Part shown: piece after piece, positions 10,301 to 19,214 of the stretch
How the letters are laid out: the number at the start of each line of letters is the position of its first letter
Numbering within the stretch: position 1 is the stretch's first letter
DNA from: a virus
Length of the DNA: 64,000 bases
Strand: one strand, 5' to 3'
IMG/VR virus record: IMGVR_UViG_3300027763_000038
Location: 1 to 64,000 of that record
The notes under the pieces: generated by a model
What the model saw: only the letters and a program-made list of their open reading frames with translations
The model's database searches: none
What the model was told of the DNA's origin: nothing
Program-made: the position numbers and the translations under genes

Positions 10301-11201
10301 TTTGTCTGGCATTGTTAGTTTTGAAGCAGGAATTAATAATGGAGTTATTGTAGGAGATAGACCAATTTCTTTTTTTTCTGGATCTATTAATAATAATCTT
10401 ATAATTGGAGATACCACTTTTTCACTAGACTGTATTAATAATGGATATCTTAAAGGCAAAGGAATATTCTTGTCTAATAGTTTAAATAATGGTACTGTTT
10501 CTGGAGATACTTCTTTTTCTTCTGGCTGTAAAAATGCTAACATAGTCATGAGTGGTCATGCAATTTTTCTTTCAGGGTCTGCTAATGATAAAAATGTTTT
10601 TGGTACCTCTGAATTTTATAACAGCAAAAATAATTCTTTTGTATCTGATGAGTCTAAATTTTATGATAGTATTAATTTTGGAAATGCTCAAACATATGGT
10701 CTTTTTTATGGAACAGGTTATAATGCAGGTTCTGTGGTTACAGGAATATTTAATAATAGATCATCTAATAATGGAGTAGCAACTGTTGGACTATTTTATA
10801 ATGAATCTAAAAATTCTTTGACAGTTAATTCTGGAGCATTTTATAATGCTTCCTATAATCAATCTAGTGTCACAAACGCTTCCTTATATGATTCTGCTAT
10901 AAATCAGGGAACAATTAACAATGGATATTTCTATAATCAATCTTTTAATTCTGGGACAGTTTCTGTAGGATACTTTTTATTTGGAGGAACTAATTATGGA
11001 ACAATTAGTTCAAATGCTTCGTTCAATAACGCATTCTCAAAATCAGGAAATATTGGTGGTAATGCTATTTTTACTAATAATAGCTATTGTGAGAAAACAT
11101 CCATCAATGGATCTGCTACTTTTGACGGCACCTCCTGCTATGATAAAAATACTACTAGTATAAATGGAACTATTACAAAGTCACAAGACTGTAATCCATA
11201 G
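7317..11201 (+). CDS. 1294-aa Asn/Gly/Ser/Phe-rich repeat protein, predicted beta-helix/solenoid (fibre or adhesin-like)
   Basis: Dozens of degenerate F-x-x-x-S-x-N-x-G-x-[IV] units; SD AAGGA. Confidence 0.75.
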   Translation: MMSEWCDSHHWWKDAEFSNPSTAIPRNQIDEVQVDSSFFAYSLIENSQCYSQIPFLQCNNINIVLSTGGGVTNVGNIRGLFTCAELAAANVVAGNNIIFSHWYPNTYCQWNINSFSGGSNDIDQIIFEGLNYFILTNNSFIRKSYISANTINLSGVTLQSIDKYVTTLKAKGGNLFSTLDNVSCVGNRFQYDGSFLVNNSIIEGTGNGKFIFQNNSTNKATLSGSFLFENCINEGKIYGQNTFFISSGGNSCVNNGTVYGDAIFSGLGSVNAGTVSGTTIFISGGINRGTILEPAIFYSGTSNEGTLSKYSLFDYATNNGPLLSGSKFTFSTNNYSIGDGSGNFLFENNSHNRKSIGTSGVISFINGSNNWAALSAPSATVIFDLASFNRGGPIQGIATFGSECANVIGGILVTGIFNSNSINSGMILSLGVFNDSSINMWDATNAIFNSRSANSGRIIESGRFEDSSRNGAIVKNGYFYGRSAHASGATAQISAIFCNQARNVSGSKINQLAEFGQSSINYGGDTDTNASFNFFENAINYGYINNEKVLFSGSSINRNYGKKIHFYNSSINDTTGSGYEAAFLNSSINNGYISYTGHFFNTSQNGKLGVLNTGIFHDFAINNGSMRRPLVSGLEALTSGYRKIDILDSGINNVSLYNVEFNVKTSGINRGNLQWVFDPLIIFTTSGIYNTGTTPYSIVETGTFQSSYISAIIPSITFDDSSINRGTIVGYKEIKFLNKSSNYGNIRTYPPIETNTPCVTFKGSGKVFDIPPSAIFCKNYGIIQNGATFTSGINFSSIGSGDFTESSNSGSAESARFNKSRNFGSINKIGVFNDSSNFGIINQSGFFYNSINMGPVYSGYFNKSSNSGSLDIGEFVDQSKNSGNILQSGSFLNSYNVNQFIPLPLATFAGASNNSGIVALGYYYGSSTNSNTGLVNEFYDSSKNKGTVFRQAMFSGSSTNSGLVVNTSYFRGNSSNQNSGLGLLFFYDSAKNESLLSGIVSFEAGINNGVIVGDRPISFFSGSINNNLIIGDTTFSLDCINNGYLKGKGIFLSNSLNNGTVSGDTSFSSGCKNANIVMSGHAIFLSGSANDKNVFGTSEFYNSKNNSFVSDESKFYDSINFGNAQTYGLFYGTGYNAGSVVTGIFNNRSSNNGVATVGLFYNESKNSLTVNSGAFYNASYNQSSVTNASLYDSAINQGTINNGYFYNQSFNSGTVSVGYFLFGGTNYGTISSNASFNNAFSKSGNIGGNAIFTNNSYCEKTSINGSATFDGTSCYDKNTTSINGTITKSQDCNP

Positions 11202-11227
11202 GCTTCATTTAAAGAAAGATACCAGAC

Positions 11228-11255
11228 TTGCCATGTGTTCTCCAGAAACTATAAT
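11228..11255 (+). promoter_or_regulatory. Sigma70-type promoter TTGCCA-N16-TATAAT, probably leaderless
   Basis: The -10 box ends 5 nt before ATG 11261; no SD present. Confidence 0.6.
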
Positions 11256-11260
11256 GTTCT

Positions 11261-11722
11261 ATGAGACCAAACTGGCAAGAATATTTTATAGGACTAGCAC
11301 ACGCTGTATCCGTTCGTAGTCATGACATACAAACACAGCATGGATGTGTTATAACAGATAATCACAATAGAATTCTAGGGTTAGGATATAATGGTTTTCC
11401 TAAAGGACTGGATGATAGTAAACTGCCCAATACTCGACCAGAAAAATATCCTTGGATGATCCATGCAGAACGAAATGCTCTTTCCAATTGTACAATTAGG
11501 CCTGAAAATGGAATAGCATATGTAACAGGACAGTCTTGCAATGATTGTATAATGGCTTTATGGCAAGAAGGAATTACAAAAGTTTATATGAGAGAAAACC
11601 ATGGAACCCATTTGTTTGATGAAGAGCAAAAGAAAAGATTCGATCTATTTATTAAAATGAGTGGAATAACTATTGAATATATAAATCCAGATCTATCATG
11701 GATTAATAATCTTAGAGTTTAA
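11261..11722 (+). CDS. dCMP deaminase (ComEB-like)
   Basis: GYNGFP, HAERNA and SCNDC Zn-deaminase motifs. Confidence 0.93.
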   Translation: MRPNWQEYFIGLAHAVSVRSHDIQTQHGCVITDNHNRILGLGYNGFPKGLDDSKLPNTRPEKYPWMIHAERNALSNCTIRPENGIAYVTGQSCNDCIMALWQEGITKVYMRENHGTHLFDEEQKKRFDLFIKMSGITIEYINPDLSWINNLRV

Positions 11723-11739
11723 TAAAGAAAGACTAAAAC

Positions 11740-12615
11740 ATGAATATTACAGAAATCAATGTTTGTGCAACGTGGAGAGATGCTGAAGCTTATGCAGAAA
11801 GAACTTTGGCCTGTCTAGAGAAATTGCTAAATTTAGACAATTTCAAATTCAATTTTTATTTTTACGAAAATGACTCTACAGACAATACTCGACAAATTTT
11901 GAGAAACTGGATAGAAAACAAATCTGGTGAATTATTCTATGAGGATCTTGGTGTTCCTAAACTAGACAGTTTGGAACCGCTGCATAAATTTATCTTATTG
12001 TCTTATTGCAAAAATAAATTAAATCAGTTGTCAATGCCCGAAACAGATTATACTCTATTAATTAATACAGACGTTATATTTGATCATATAGACTTTACTT
12101 CTTTGTTTGAAAAAGCTCAAACCCTTCCAATGGCTGTAATGCTTGTTGCTAATACAAGAGACTTTCAGACCAAAGATCTTATGGAAGAAACTACCTCAGA
12201 TAGCTTCTATGATATATTAATATTTAGGGATAAATATTTTCATCACGGACTACCATTCACAGATTGTCCATTTTTATTAAAAGAAGACAGAGAAGCTTGG
12301 GATAAAAATTTACCTATTCTAATTAATTCTGGTTTTGGTGGATTTAGCTTAATTAGAACACCAGTATTAAAACAATGTTTTTGGTCAACTGTTGGTCAGC
12401 CCGAGTATGTTAACTTTTGTTCTGAGATTTCTAAATTTGGTAATATAATGATAATTCCAGATTGTAAGCCCAAGGCAGCTTTAGATTTATCCAATATTTC
12501 TTTAGAGTCTTGCAATAAGATAGCCAAAGAACAAATAGAAAAAATGGAACAGATTAATCAGATCTTCTATACCTCCTTATCATCAGAAATAACTAAACAA
12601 GATGACAATGAATAA
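11740..12615 (+). CDS. Glycosyltransferase-like, GT-A fold (Anp1/CAP59-like), possibly degenerate
   Basis: YENDSTDNT, FYD..IFRD, SGFGGF; DxD position reads NTD. Confidence 0.65.
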   Translation: MNITEINVCATWRDAEAYAERTLACLEKLLNLDNFKFNFYFYENDSTDNTRQILRNWIENKSGELFYEDLGVPKLDSLEPLHKFILLSYCKNKLNQLSMPETDYTLLINTDVIFDHIDFTSLFEKAQTLPMAVMLVANTRDFQTKDLMEETTSDSFYDILIFRDKYFHHGLPFTDCPFLLKEDREAWDKNLPILINSGFGGFSLIRTPVLKQCFWSTVGQPEYVNFCSEISKFGNIMIIPDCKPKAALDLSNISLESCNKIAKEQIEKMEQINQIFYTSLSSEITKQDDNE

Positions 12616-13360
12616 ACCAGTTATATTTACTACTTATTTTTCACAGAAAAAACACCCAAATGATCCGTCTGATGATGCTGTAATAGGCAGAGATAAAGAC
12701 GGAAGAGTCTTGCAAAATAATTTTGATTATATCAAGAATTGGTATAATTCAATTGTTTCCTTGGGATTAGAAGCTAGGGTATTTTATGATAATTTATCTG
12801 ACGAATTTTTGAGAACATATGAAACAGATAAAATTAAATTCGTCCACGCTGCACCATCAGAATACTCGAATAACGATTGGAGATTCTTTGTTTACAAAAA
12901 ATATCTATTGGCTAATAAGTTCGATTCTGTTTTCTTAACAGATGGCTCAGATGTTGCAGTTGTTAAAGACCCATCTCAAATACTAATAGATTTTCCTGAT
13001 ACAGACTACTTTATTTGTAAAGATAGTATTAAGCTAGTTGAGTTTCCTTACTTATGGATACATAGAGATCTTAAGTGGGATAACCTACAATTTTTTACAG
13101 AAAATGCTAAAGAATGGGATTTAATCAATATGGGTGTTATAGGTGGTTCATATACTAATATAGTTGAGTTCTTAAAAACATTCTGTCAAGCAAGAGAAGA
13201 TATGAAGTATGAATACTTTAATGCTGATATGTGGGTTGGTCAGTATGTATTCAGACATTTACTACCTAGTAGCAAAAAACTATTAATTGGTGAGCCTTTT
13301 ACTAGTAACTTTAAAAAATATGAAACCAATAGACAAGATGTCTATTTTATTCACAAATAG
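12602..13360 (+). CDS. Glycosyltransferase-like, GT-A fold
   Basis: RFFVY, FLTDGSDV, LINMGVIGG motifs typical of viral/PLOD-like GT domains; start may be 12608. Confidence 0.65.
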   Translation: MTMNKPVIFTTYFSQKKHPNDPSDDAVIGRDKDGRVLQNNFDYIKNWYNSIVSLGLEARVFYDNLSDEFLRTYETDKIKFVHAAPSEYSNNDWRFFVYKKYLLANKFDSVFLTDGSDVAVVKDPSQILIDFPDTDYFICKDSIKLVEFPYLWIHRDLKWDNLQFFTENAKEWDLINMGVIGGSYTNIVEFLKTFCQAREDMKYEYFNADMWVGQYVFRHLLPSSKKLLIGEPFTSNFKKYETNRQDVYFIHK

Positions 13361-13369
13361 GATTTATTC

Positions 13370-14290
13370 ATGAAAATTACCTTCGTTGGTCCAGGCGAAA
13401 TTAATATTCCTCCTAACGGCTGGGGAGCATTAGAGACAGTAGTTTGGAATCAGTTCGCTAATTTACAAAAGATGGGTCATACTGTTAACATAATTAACGA
13501 GAAAGACACTAATTTAACATATCAAAGGGTTTTAGAAACCCAACCAGATATTGTTCATTTACATTATGGTAAGCATTGGCAAATAATGCCTTATTTAAAG
13601 TGTAAAAAAATTGTAACATCTCATGATGGAGGATTTTTATATTCTCAAGCTTTTCATAAAAATTTAATCAGAAGCTTTTTTAAAGACTGTAATTTTTTCA
13701 TGTTAACATCATGGGAAAAACAACTTCTATTAGATAGCGGAATTGATGAGTCTAAAATAAAAATACTGCCTAACGGAGTAGATAATGGTCAATTCAAAAT
13801 TACTGATCAGCCACAATTTAAAGACAAGAGTATTTGTTTAGGAAAAATAGATCAAAGAAAAAGACAGGCTTTCTTGCAATCATTAGATTGTAATATCTGT
13901 TTTGCTGGACAAAACACTATAGCAGAATTTGATCCACTAGATAATAATTATTTAGGTTTGTGGGATCGTGAGACAGTATTTAGTGAATTGACCAATTATA
14001 ACAATTTAGTATTACTATCGGTGTCTGAATTACATCCATTAGTTTGTTTAGAAGCTTTAGCTGCTGGTTTGGGTCTAGTAGTCTCAGAAGTTGCCTCACA
14101 AAATCTAGATCTTTCTCAACCTTTTATTTCGATGATTCCCCAAGATCAAATAGATAATACAGAATTAGTAAAAACCACTATTGTTAAAAATAGAGAGCTA
14201 TGCTCTAGTATTTCTCGTAATATAATAAAAGAGTATGCACAAACATTTGATTGGATAGAAATACTAAAAAAATATGAGAGCTACTTATGA
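13370..14290 (+). CDS. Glycosyltransferase, GT-B/GT4 family
   Basis: IPPNGWGALE, PDIVHLH, LPNGVD, E.HPLVCLEALAAG. Confidence 0.88.
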   Translation: MKITFVGPGEINIPPNGWGALETVVWNQFANLQKMGHTVNIINEKDTNLTYQRVLETQPDIVHLHYGKHWQIMPYLKCKKIVTSHDGGFLYSQAFHKNLIRSFFKDCNFFMLTSWEKQLLLDSGIDESKIKILPNGVDNGQFKITDQPQFKDKSICLGKIDQRKRQAFLQSLDCNICFAGQNTIAEFDPLDNNYLGLWDRETVFSELTNYNNLVLLSVSELHPLVCLEALAAGLGLVVSEVASQNLDLSQPFISMIPQDQIDNTELVKTTIVKNRELCSSISRNIIKEYAQTFDWIEILKKYESYL

Positions 14291-14964
14291 AAATTCAAGC
14301 AATATTATTTATGTGTAATGATTTTACTAGAGCTAAATTTACTCTAGAAAACTTTAGAAAACATAATCCTGAAATACCTATTAGAGTAATAAATGTCGGT
14401 GGAGATTCTCCAGAATTATTATTGTCTCATATTTCTAATATCGAATTTATAGATGCTCCAAATCTATGGCATAAACAAACTCATTGTGGCAGAGGTTCTT
14501 TTGGACCAAAATTTGCTGATTACTTTTTTGAATTTGGTCTTAATGATAAATTTACACATACTATTTTATTAGAAACAGACGTATTAACAAATAGAGCCAT
14601 AACTATAGAACCCAAATTTGATATAGCTGGACCAAATAATCCTTGTGGACCAAGAGAACTTGCATTATATGATGCTTTAGGTATTAAAGAACCTAGAATA
14701 CACACTGGATGCGGTGGCACTATTTTTAGTAGTAAATATTTTACAACTATCAAAGATAAGAATTTTTTTGGTTTATTTCAAGAACTATTTGATAAATTTT
14801 CTGGCAACTATTTTATGGATTTAATTTTGACATTAGTTGGACGAATAGCCGGACTTTCTGTTGGTCATTGGGAAGAAGTATCTAATATCCCAATCCATGT
14901 TGTTGATGGCAGATTTGTTAATGCTGATATGAACGCAACTCTTGTGCATAATTTTAAGGTATAA
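14287..14964 (+). CDS. Glycosyltransferase-like, GT-A fold
   Basis: ILLETDV (ExD) and GCGGTIF; cluster context. Confidence 0.6.
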   Translation: MKIQAILFMCNDFTRAKFTLENFRKHNPEIPIRVINVGGDSPELLLSHISNIEFIDAPNLWHKQTHCGRGSFGPKFADYFFEFGLNDKFTHTILLETDVLTNRAITIEPKFDIAGPNNPCGPRELALYDALGIKEPRIHTGCGGTIFSSKYFTTIKDKNFFGLFQELFDKFSGNYFMDLILTLVGRIAGLSVGHWEEVSNIPIHVVDGRFVNADMNATLVHNFKV

Positions 14965-14966
14965 TT

Positions 14967-15812
14967 ATGGGACTAGTTTTAATATCACAAGATGAAAAAA
15001 AAATAGAAGCAAATTTATTTAAAAACTACGAAAACAGAGGAGAGTCTGTTAAAGACTTAATAGCAGGATCTATTCGTTATGGTATTCAAAAATACAATAA
15101 CTATCCTGGTAAAGAGTTTAAAATGTCAATATGGACTGGTGATCGTCCAGTAGATGAAGCCCATTTTTCTTTTTCAACCATAACAAAAAACTATAAAAAA
15201 ACATTCCCCTGTTTTGTATACGATTCTTGGCCAGCCTGCAATATTCAAAATTATAGTGAACTGATTCATTCTTTTGAGGATACTATTCCATCAAGTAATA
15301 AAATAGGATGGATAGGAGCTTTAACGGGAGATAAAAGGAAAATTTATCATGATCAGTATCATGATACGTCTTTTACTGAGACTGTGACGATAGACTGGAA
15401 TCGTGAAGATCCAGACAATCTATGGAAAAATACTTCAAAATATCTGTCTTTTCAACAACAAATAAATAGATGGAAATATTTACTAGACATTGAAGGAGTA
15501 GGATATTCTGCCAGATTAAAAATATTATTACATTCTCCAAGAATTATTTTTATAGTCAACAATCCTTACAAAGAATGGTGGCATGAATTTTTTATTCCTT
15601 GGAAACATTATATTCCTATTAAAGAAGATTTAAGCGATCTAGAACAAAAATATAATCTTATTGAAAATAATCCAGATGCACAAAAATACATTAAACAAGA
15701 ACAAAAAAAGTTTGCTCTTAAATATCTGACCAAAGAAGCGGCATACGAAAAAATCTATAAAATCCTTTTATACTTTCAAAACAAAAAAACATATGCTAAT
15801 GCCAAAAGCTAA
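14967..15812 (+). CDS. Glycosyltransferase family 90 (CAP10/Rumi-POGLUT-like)
   Basis: WIG, KYLLDIEGVGYSARLK.LL, EWW...F.PWKHYIPIK.DLSDL signature. Confidence 0.85.
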   Translation: MGLVLISQDEKKIEANLFKNYENRGESVKDLIAGSIRYGIQKYNNYPGKEFKMSIWTGDRPVDEAHFSFSTITKNYKKTFPCFVYDSWPACNIQNYSELIHSFEDTIPSSNKIGWIGALTGDKRKIYHDQYHDTSFTETVTIDWNREDPDNLWKNTSKYLSFQQQINRWKYLLDIEGVGYSARLKILLHSPRIIFIVNNPYKEWWHEFFIPWKHYIPIKEDLSDLEQKYNLIENNPDAQKYIKQEQKKFALKYLTKEAAYEKIYKILLYFQNKKTYANAKS

Positions 15813-16797
15813 AATAATAGGTTGTGGATTATCTGGAATTACCTCAGCAATCTTATTAAAAGATAGAGGATATGACGTTACTATTTTTGATAAACGAAAT
15901 CATATTGGAGGAAATTGTTTTGATAGTAATGTATGCGGAACTATGTTACATAATTATGGTCCTCATATATTTCACACAGATGATGACGAAGTTTTTGAGT
16001 TTTTAAGCAGATATACCGAGTGGGTGCCATTTAGATTACAGCCTAAAGGCAATTCCAAATTAGGTCTCATCTCTTTGCCATACAGTAAGAAAACAGAAAA
16101 AGAAATTGGGAGACAACTATCTCAAGAAGAGATACTAGAATTTATCTTCAAAGATTACTCAGAAAAACAATGGGGCGTTCCTTTTGAATATATTCCACGA
16201 ACTATAACGAATAGAATACCAAAAACAAAAGACTGTGAAGATCCTACTTGGTTTGAAGGACAAAAGTATCAGTGTTTACCTAAGTACGGATATACTAAAA
16301 TGATGCAAAATATGTTGAATGGATTTGATGTTAGACTATCTTGTTCCAATAAAGAATGGAAAAATTTTAACACTGATCTTACTGTGTATACTGGGAAAAT
16401 AGATGAATACTATGATTATATCTATGGTGAGCTTCCGTACAGATCATTAGAGTTCAAACATACTGTTACAGATAAAAAAATGCCATACTTCATAGAGAAT
16501 CAGAATAATGATATTGTAAAATATACAAGAAAATACGACCACAGCTTTCTGCAACATAATCATTCACAACCCACAACCGTTATTACTGAAGAGTATCCAG
16601 TAGAATATAACCAAAATAATATTCCTTATTATCCTATACCATTTGGAGATGGTGTTGAAATAGCAAAGAAATATATCCAATTATCTAAAAATGAACAGAA
16701 TACTATTTTTCTAGGAAGATTAGCCACTTACCAATATTTAGATATGTGGATGGCTATAAAGCAAGTTATGCTGAAATTCAAACATTCCGACTGGTGA
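15799..16797 (+). CDS. glf: UDP-galactopyranose mutase
   Basis: IIGCGLSG FAD site, R.HIGGNC.D, H.YGPHIFHT, Y..KQWG, LPYRSL, PYYP, GRLATYQYLDM. Confidence 0.95.
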   Translation: MPKAKIIGCGLSGITSAILLKDRGYDVTIFDKRNHIGGNCFDSNVCGTMLHNYGPHIFHTDDDEVFEFLSRYTEWVPFRLQPKGNSKLGLISLPYSKKTEKEIGRQLSQEEILEFIFKDYSEKQWGVPFEYIPRTITNRIPKTKDCEDPTWFEGQKYQCLPKYGYTKMMQNMLNGFDVRLSCSNKEWKNFNTDLTVYTGKIDEYYDYIYGELPYRSLEFKHTVTDKKMPYFIENQNNDIVKYTRKYDHSFLQHNHSQPTTVITEEYPVEYNQNNIPYYPIPFGDGVEIAKKYIQLSKNEQNTIFLGRLATYQYLDMWMAIKQVMLKFKHSDW

Positions 16798-16798
16798 G

Positions 16799-16887
16799 AC
16801 AAATAAAAAACAATGCGCTGGTGTTTTTGTTGTGTGGAGATATGATAAATTCATCGCTCACAGAGATCGAATTCTTTTTCATTCGAT
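16799..16887 (+). promoter_or_regulatory. Three consecutive hairpins in the leader of the RNR gene
   Basis: AAAAACA/TGTTTTT; TGTG..ATGA/TCAT..CACA; ATCGAAT/ATTCGAT (16866-72/16881-87). Confidence 0.4.
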
Positions 16888-16944
16888 AGTGTATTACCAA
16901 TAATCCACTTTAGTCAGAATCATTATAGGAGTACCATTTATATC

Positions 16945-19137
16945 ATGTCAGCTCTACAAGAACTTCAAAATTATACCTTCGTTAGTAAGTATGCCAGATG
17001 GTTAAGTGATCAAAATAGAAGGGAAACTTGGAAAGAAGCTGTAGACAGAGTTAGAGAAATGATGCACTCTCGTTATGATACATTTGGCATCTCGGAAGAG
17101 ATCGATTGGGCTTACGATATGATGTATAAGAAGAAAGTATTAGGTAGTCAGAGAGCATTACAATTTGGTGGAGATCCTATTCTCAAGCGACACGCTAAGA
17201 TATATAATTGCACAGCTTCTTATTGTGATAGACTAAGATTTTTCCAAGAGTGTTTTTGGTTACTATTGTGTGGATCAGGAACTGGTTTTAGTGTTCAAAA
17301 GCACCATGTTGCTAAACTACCATCATTAGAGCATGAAGTGGAAAAAGGACAATCAACTAAGTATGTTATTGATGATAGCATTGAAGGCTGGTCAAATGCT
17401 CTAGGCGTTTTATTGAGTTCCTATTTTAGTAAACCCATAGAAGAATTTAAACAATATAAGAATAGTCATATCTCATTTGATTATTCTAATATCAGACCAA
17501 AGGGCGCAGCACTAGCTTCTGGGGTGGGTAAAGCTCCGGGATATGAGCCACTAGCTAATGGTCTAGAAAAAATTCGTGCTTTGCTAGACCGACGTTTAGC
17601 AGATGGGCAAAAGAAACTTAGGCCTATTGACGCATATGATATTGTTATGCATAGTAGTGATGCTGTTTTATCTGGTGGTGTTCGCAGAAGTGCATCTTTA
17701 GCTTTGTTTAGTCATGATGACGAAGAAATGGCTAAAGCTAAGACTGGAAACTGGTATATTGAAAATCCACAAAGAGCACGAAGCAATAACTCTGCCCTAC
17801 TCTTAAAGAGTGATACAACTTTTGAAGAATTTTCTGCACTGATGCAATCAGTTAAAGAATTTGGAGAACCCGGATTTATCTGGAGCGAATCTACAGAAAT
17901 GATTTTTAATCCTTGTGTAGAAATTGGTATGTGGCCTATTGAAGAAGAATCTGGTAAGTCTGGATGGCAAGGTTGCAATCTTTCAACAATTAACTGTTCT
18001 AGTGTTGATGATGAAGAAGATTTTTATGAAAGATGCAAAGCAGCAGCTATTATTGGAACATTACAAGCTGGTTTTACAAAACTAGATTATCTTGGACAAA
18101 CTAGTGAGAAGATTTTTGCAAGAGAAGCTCTTTTAGGGGTGTCTTTAACTGGCACTATGGAAAAGCATGATCTTGTTCTTACAGAAAAGGCATTAACTAA
18201 GGGCGCTAAAATTGCTGTTGATACCAATAAGCATATTTCTAAGAAGATCAATATTAATCAAGCAGCTAGAGTCACATGTCTAAAACCAGAAGGAACATCA
18301 TCAAGTATGCTTGGTACTAGCTCTGGTATCCATCCACACCACGCTAAACGCTATATACGTCATGTGCAGGCCAATATTTTAGAAGCACCATACCAACACT
18401 TCAAAAAAGTAAACCCACAAGCCTGCGAAAAATCCTCGTGGTCTGCAAATAATACCGACGAAGTAGTTAAGTTTCCAATAGAAGTACCAGATGGAGCTAA
18501 ATTAAGAAATCAATTACCAGCAGTAGAAATGCTTTCTGTTGTAAAAGATACACAAAAGAATTGGGTTCATTCTGGCAAAAATAGATCATTATGTACACAA
18601 GAATATTTGAGTCACAATGTTAGTAATACTGTAACAGTGAAACCCGATGAATGGGATTCTGTAACAAAATATATCTATGATAATAGAAAGTATTTTGCAG
18701 GTATATCTTTAATTCCTCAAAGTGGAGACAAAGATTATCCACAAGCTCCTTTTACTACTGTTTATACTAGTAGAGAGATTGTTAAAGAATATGGAGATGC
18801 TGCATTGTGGTGTTCTGGTTTGATTGAGCTTGGTCTAAATGCTTTTAACAATAATCTATGGGCAGCTTGTGATTATGTTAGTTTAAATCAAGCCAAAGAT
18901 GGAGATGATGAAAATAAAGTTAGGTTTATTAATAAGATGAAAAACTTTGCTACTAAGTATTTTAATGGAGATAACAGGAGACTAACTTATTGCATGAAGG
19001 ATGTCTACAACTGGAAGTTATACTGTGATCTTTATGATAGTTTTGAGAAGGTGGACTATACTCAATTACTAGAAACAGAAGACAATACTGCGGGTATTGA
19101 GGAGATCAGCTGTGCTGGTGGGGCTTGTTTACTCTAA
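16945..19137 (+). CDS. nrdJ: Class II (B12-dependent) monomeric-type ribonucleotide reductase
   Basis: KYAR, RRETW, YNC, GGVRRSA, NPCVEI, CNL, KPEGT.S, C-terminal CAGGAC; no beta subunit nearby; SD AGGAG. Confidence 0.93.
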   Translation: MSALQELQNYTFVSKYARWLSDQNRRETWKEAVDRVREMMHSRYDTFGISEEIDWAYDMMYKKKVLGSQRALQFGGDPILKRHAKIYNCTASYCDRLRFFQECFWLLLCGSGTGFSVQKHHVAKLPSLEHEVEKGQSTKYVIDDSIEGWSNALGVLLSSYFSKPIEEFKQYKNSHISFDYSNIRPKGAALASGVGKAPGYEPLANGLEKIRALLDRRLADGQKKLRPIDAYDIVMHSSDAVLSGGVRRSASLALFSHDDEEMAKAKTGNWYIENPQRARSNNSALLLKSDTTFEEFSALMQSVKEFGEPGFIWSESTEMIFNPCVEIGMWPIEEESGKSGWQGCNLSTINCSSVDDEEDFYERCKAAAIIGTLQAGFTKLDYLGQTSEKIFAREALLGVSLTGTMEKHDLVLTEKALTKGAKIAVDTNKHISKKININQAARVTCLKPEGTSSSMLGTSSGIHPHHAKRYIRHVQANILEAPYQHFKKVNPQACEKSSWSANNTDEVVKFPIEVPDGAKLRNQLPAVEMLSVVKDTQKNWVHSGKNRSLCTQEYLSHNVSNTVTVKPDEWDSVTKYIYDNRKYFAGISLIPQSGDKDYPQAPFTTVYTSREIVKEYGDAALWCSGLIELGLNAFNNNLWAACDYVSLNQAKDGDDENKVRFINKMKNFATKYFNGDNRRLTYCMKDVYNWKLYCDLYDSFEKVDYTQLLETEDNTAGIEEISCAGGACLL

Positions 19138-19190
19138 TAGAGTTAACGGTCAATTAACTAGCAAGTGCTAATTGTTTACGATAATAATAC

Positions 19191-19214
19191 TTCTTATATG
19201 GTGTATTATAAGAA
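19191..19214 (+). promoter_or_regulatory. GGTGTAT motif inside an 8-bp inverted repeat (TTCTTATA/TATAAGAA)
   Basis: Perfect inverted repeat 19191-98/19207-14 flanking TGGTGTAT upstream of phoH. Confidence 0.45.

Noticed and set aside
16798-16944. Cobalamin riboswitch or NrdR box before nrdJ
   Set aside because: No B12-box or NrdR palindrome consensus recognisable; kept only as an unexplained structured leader.
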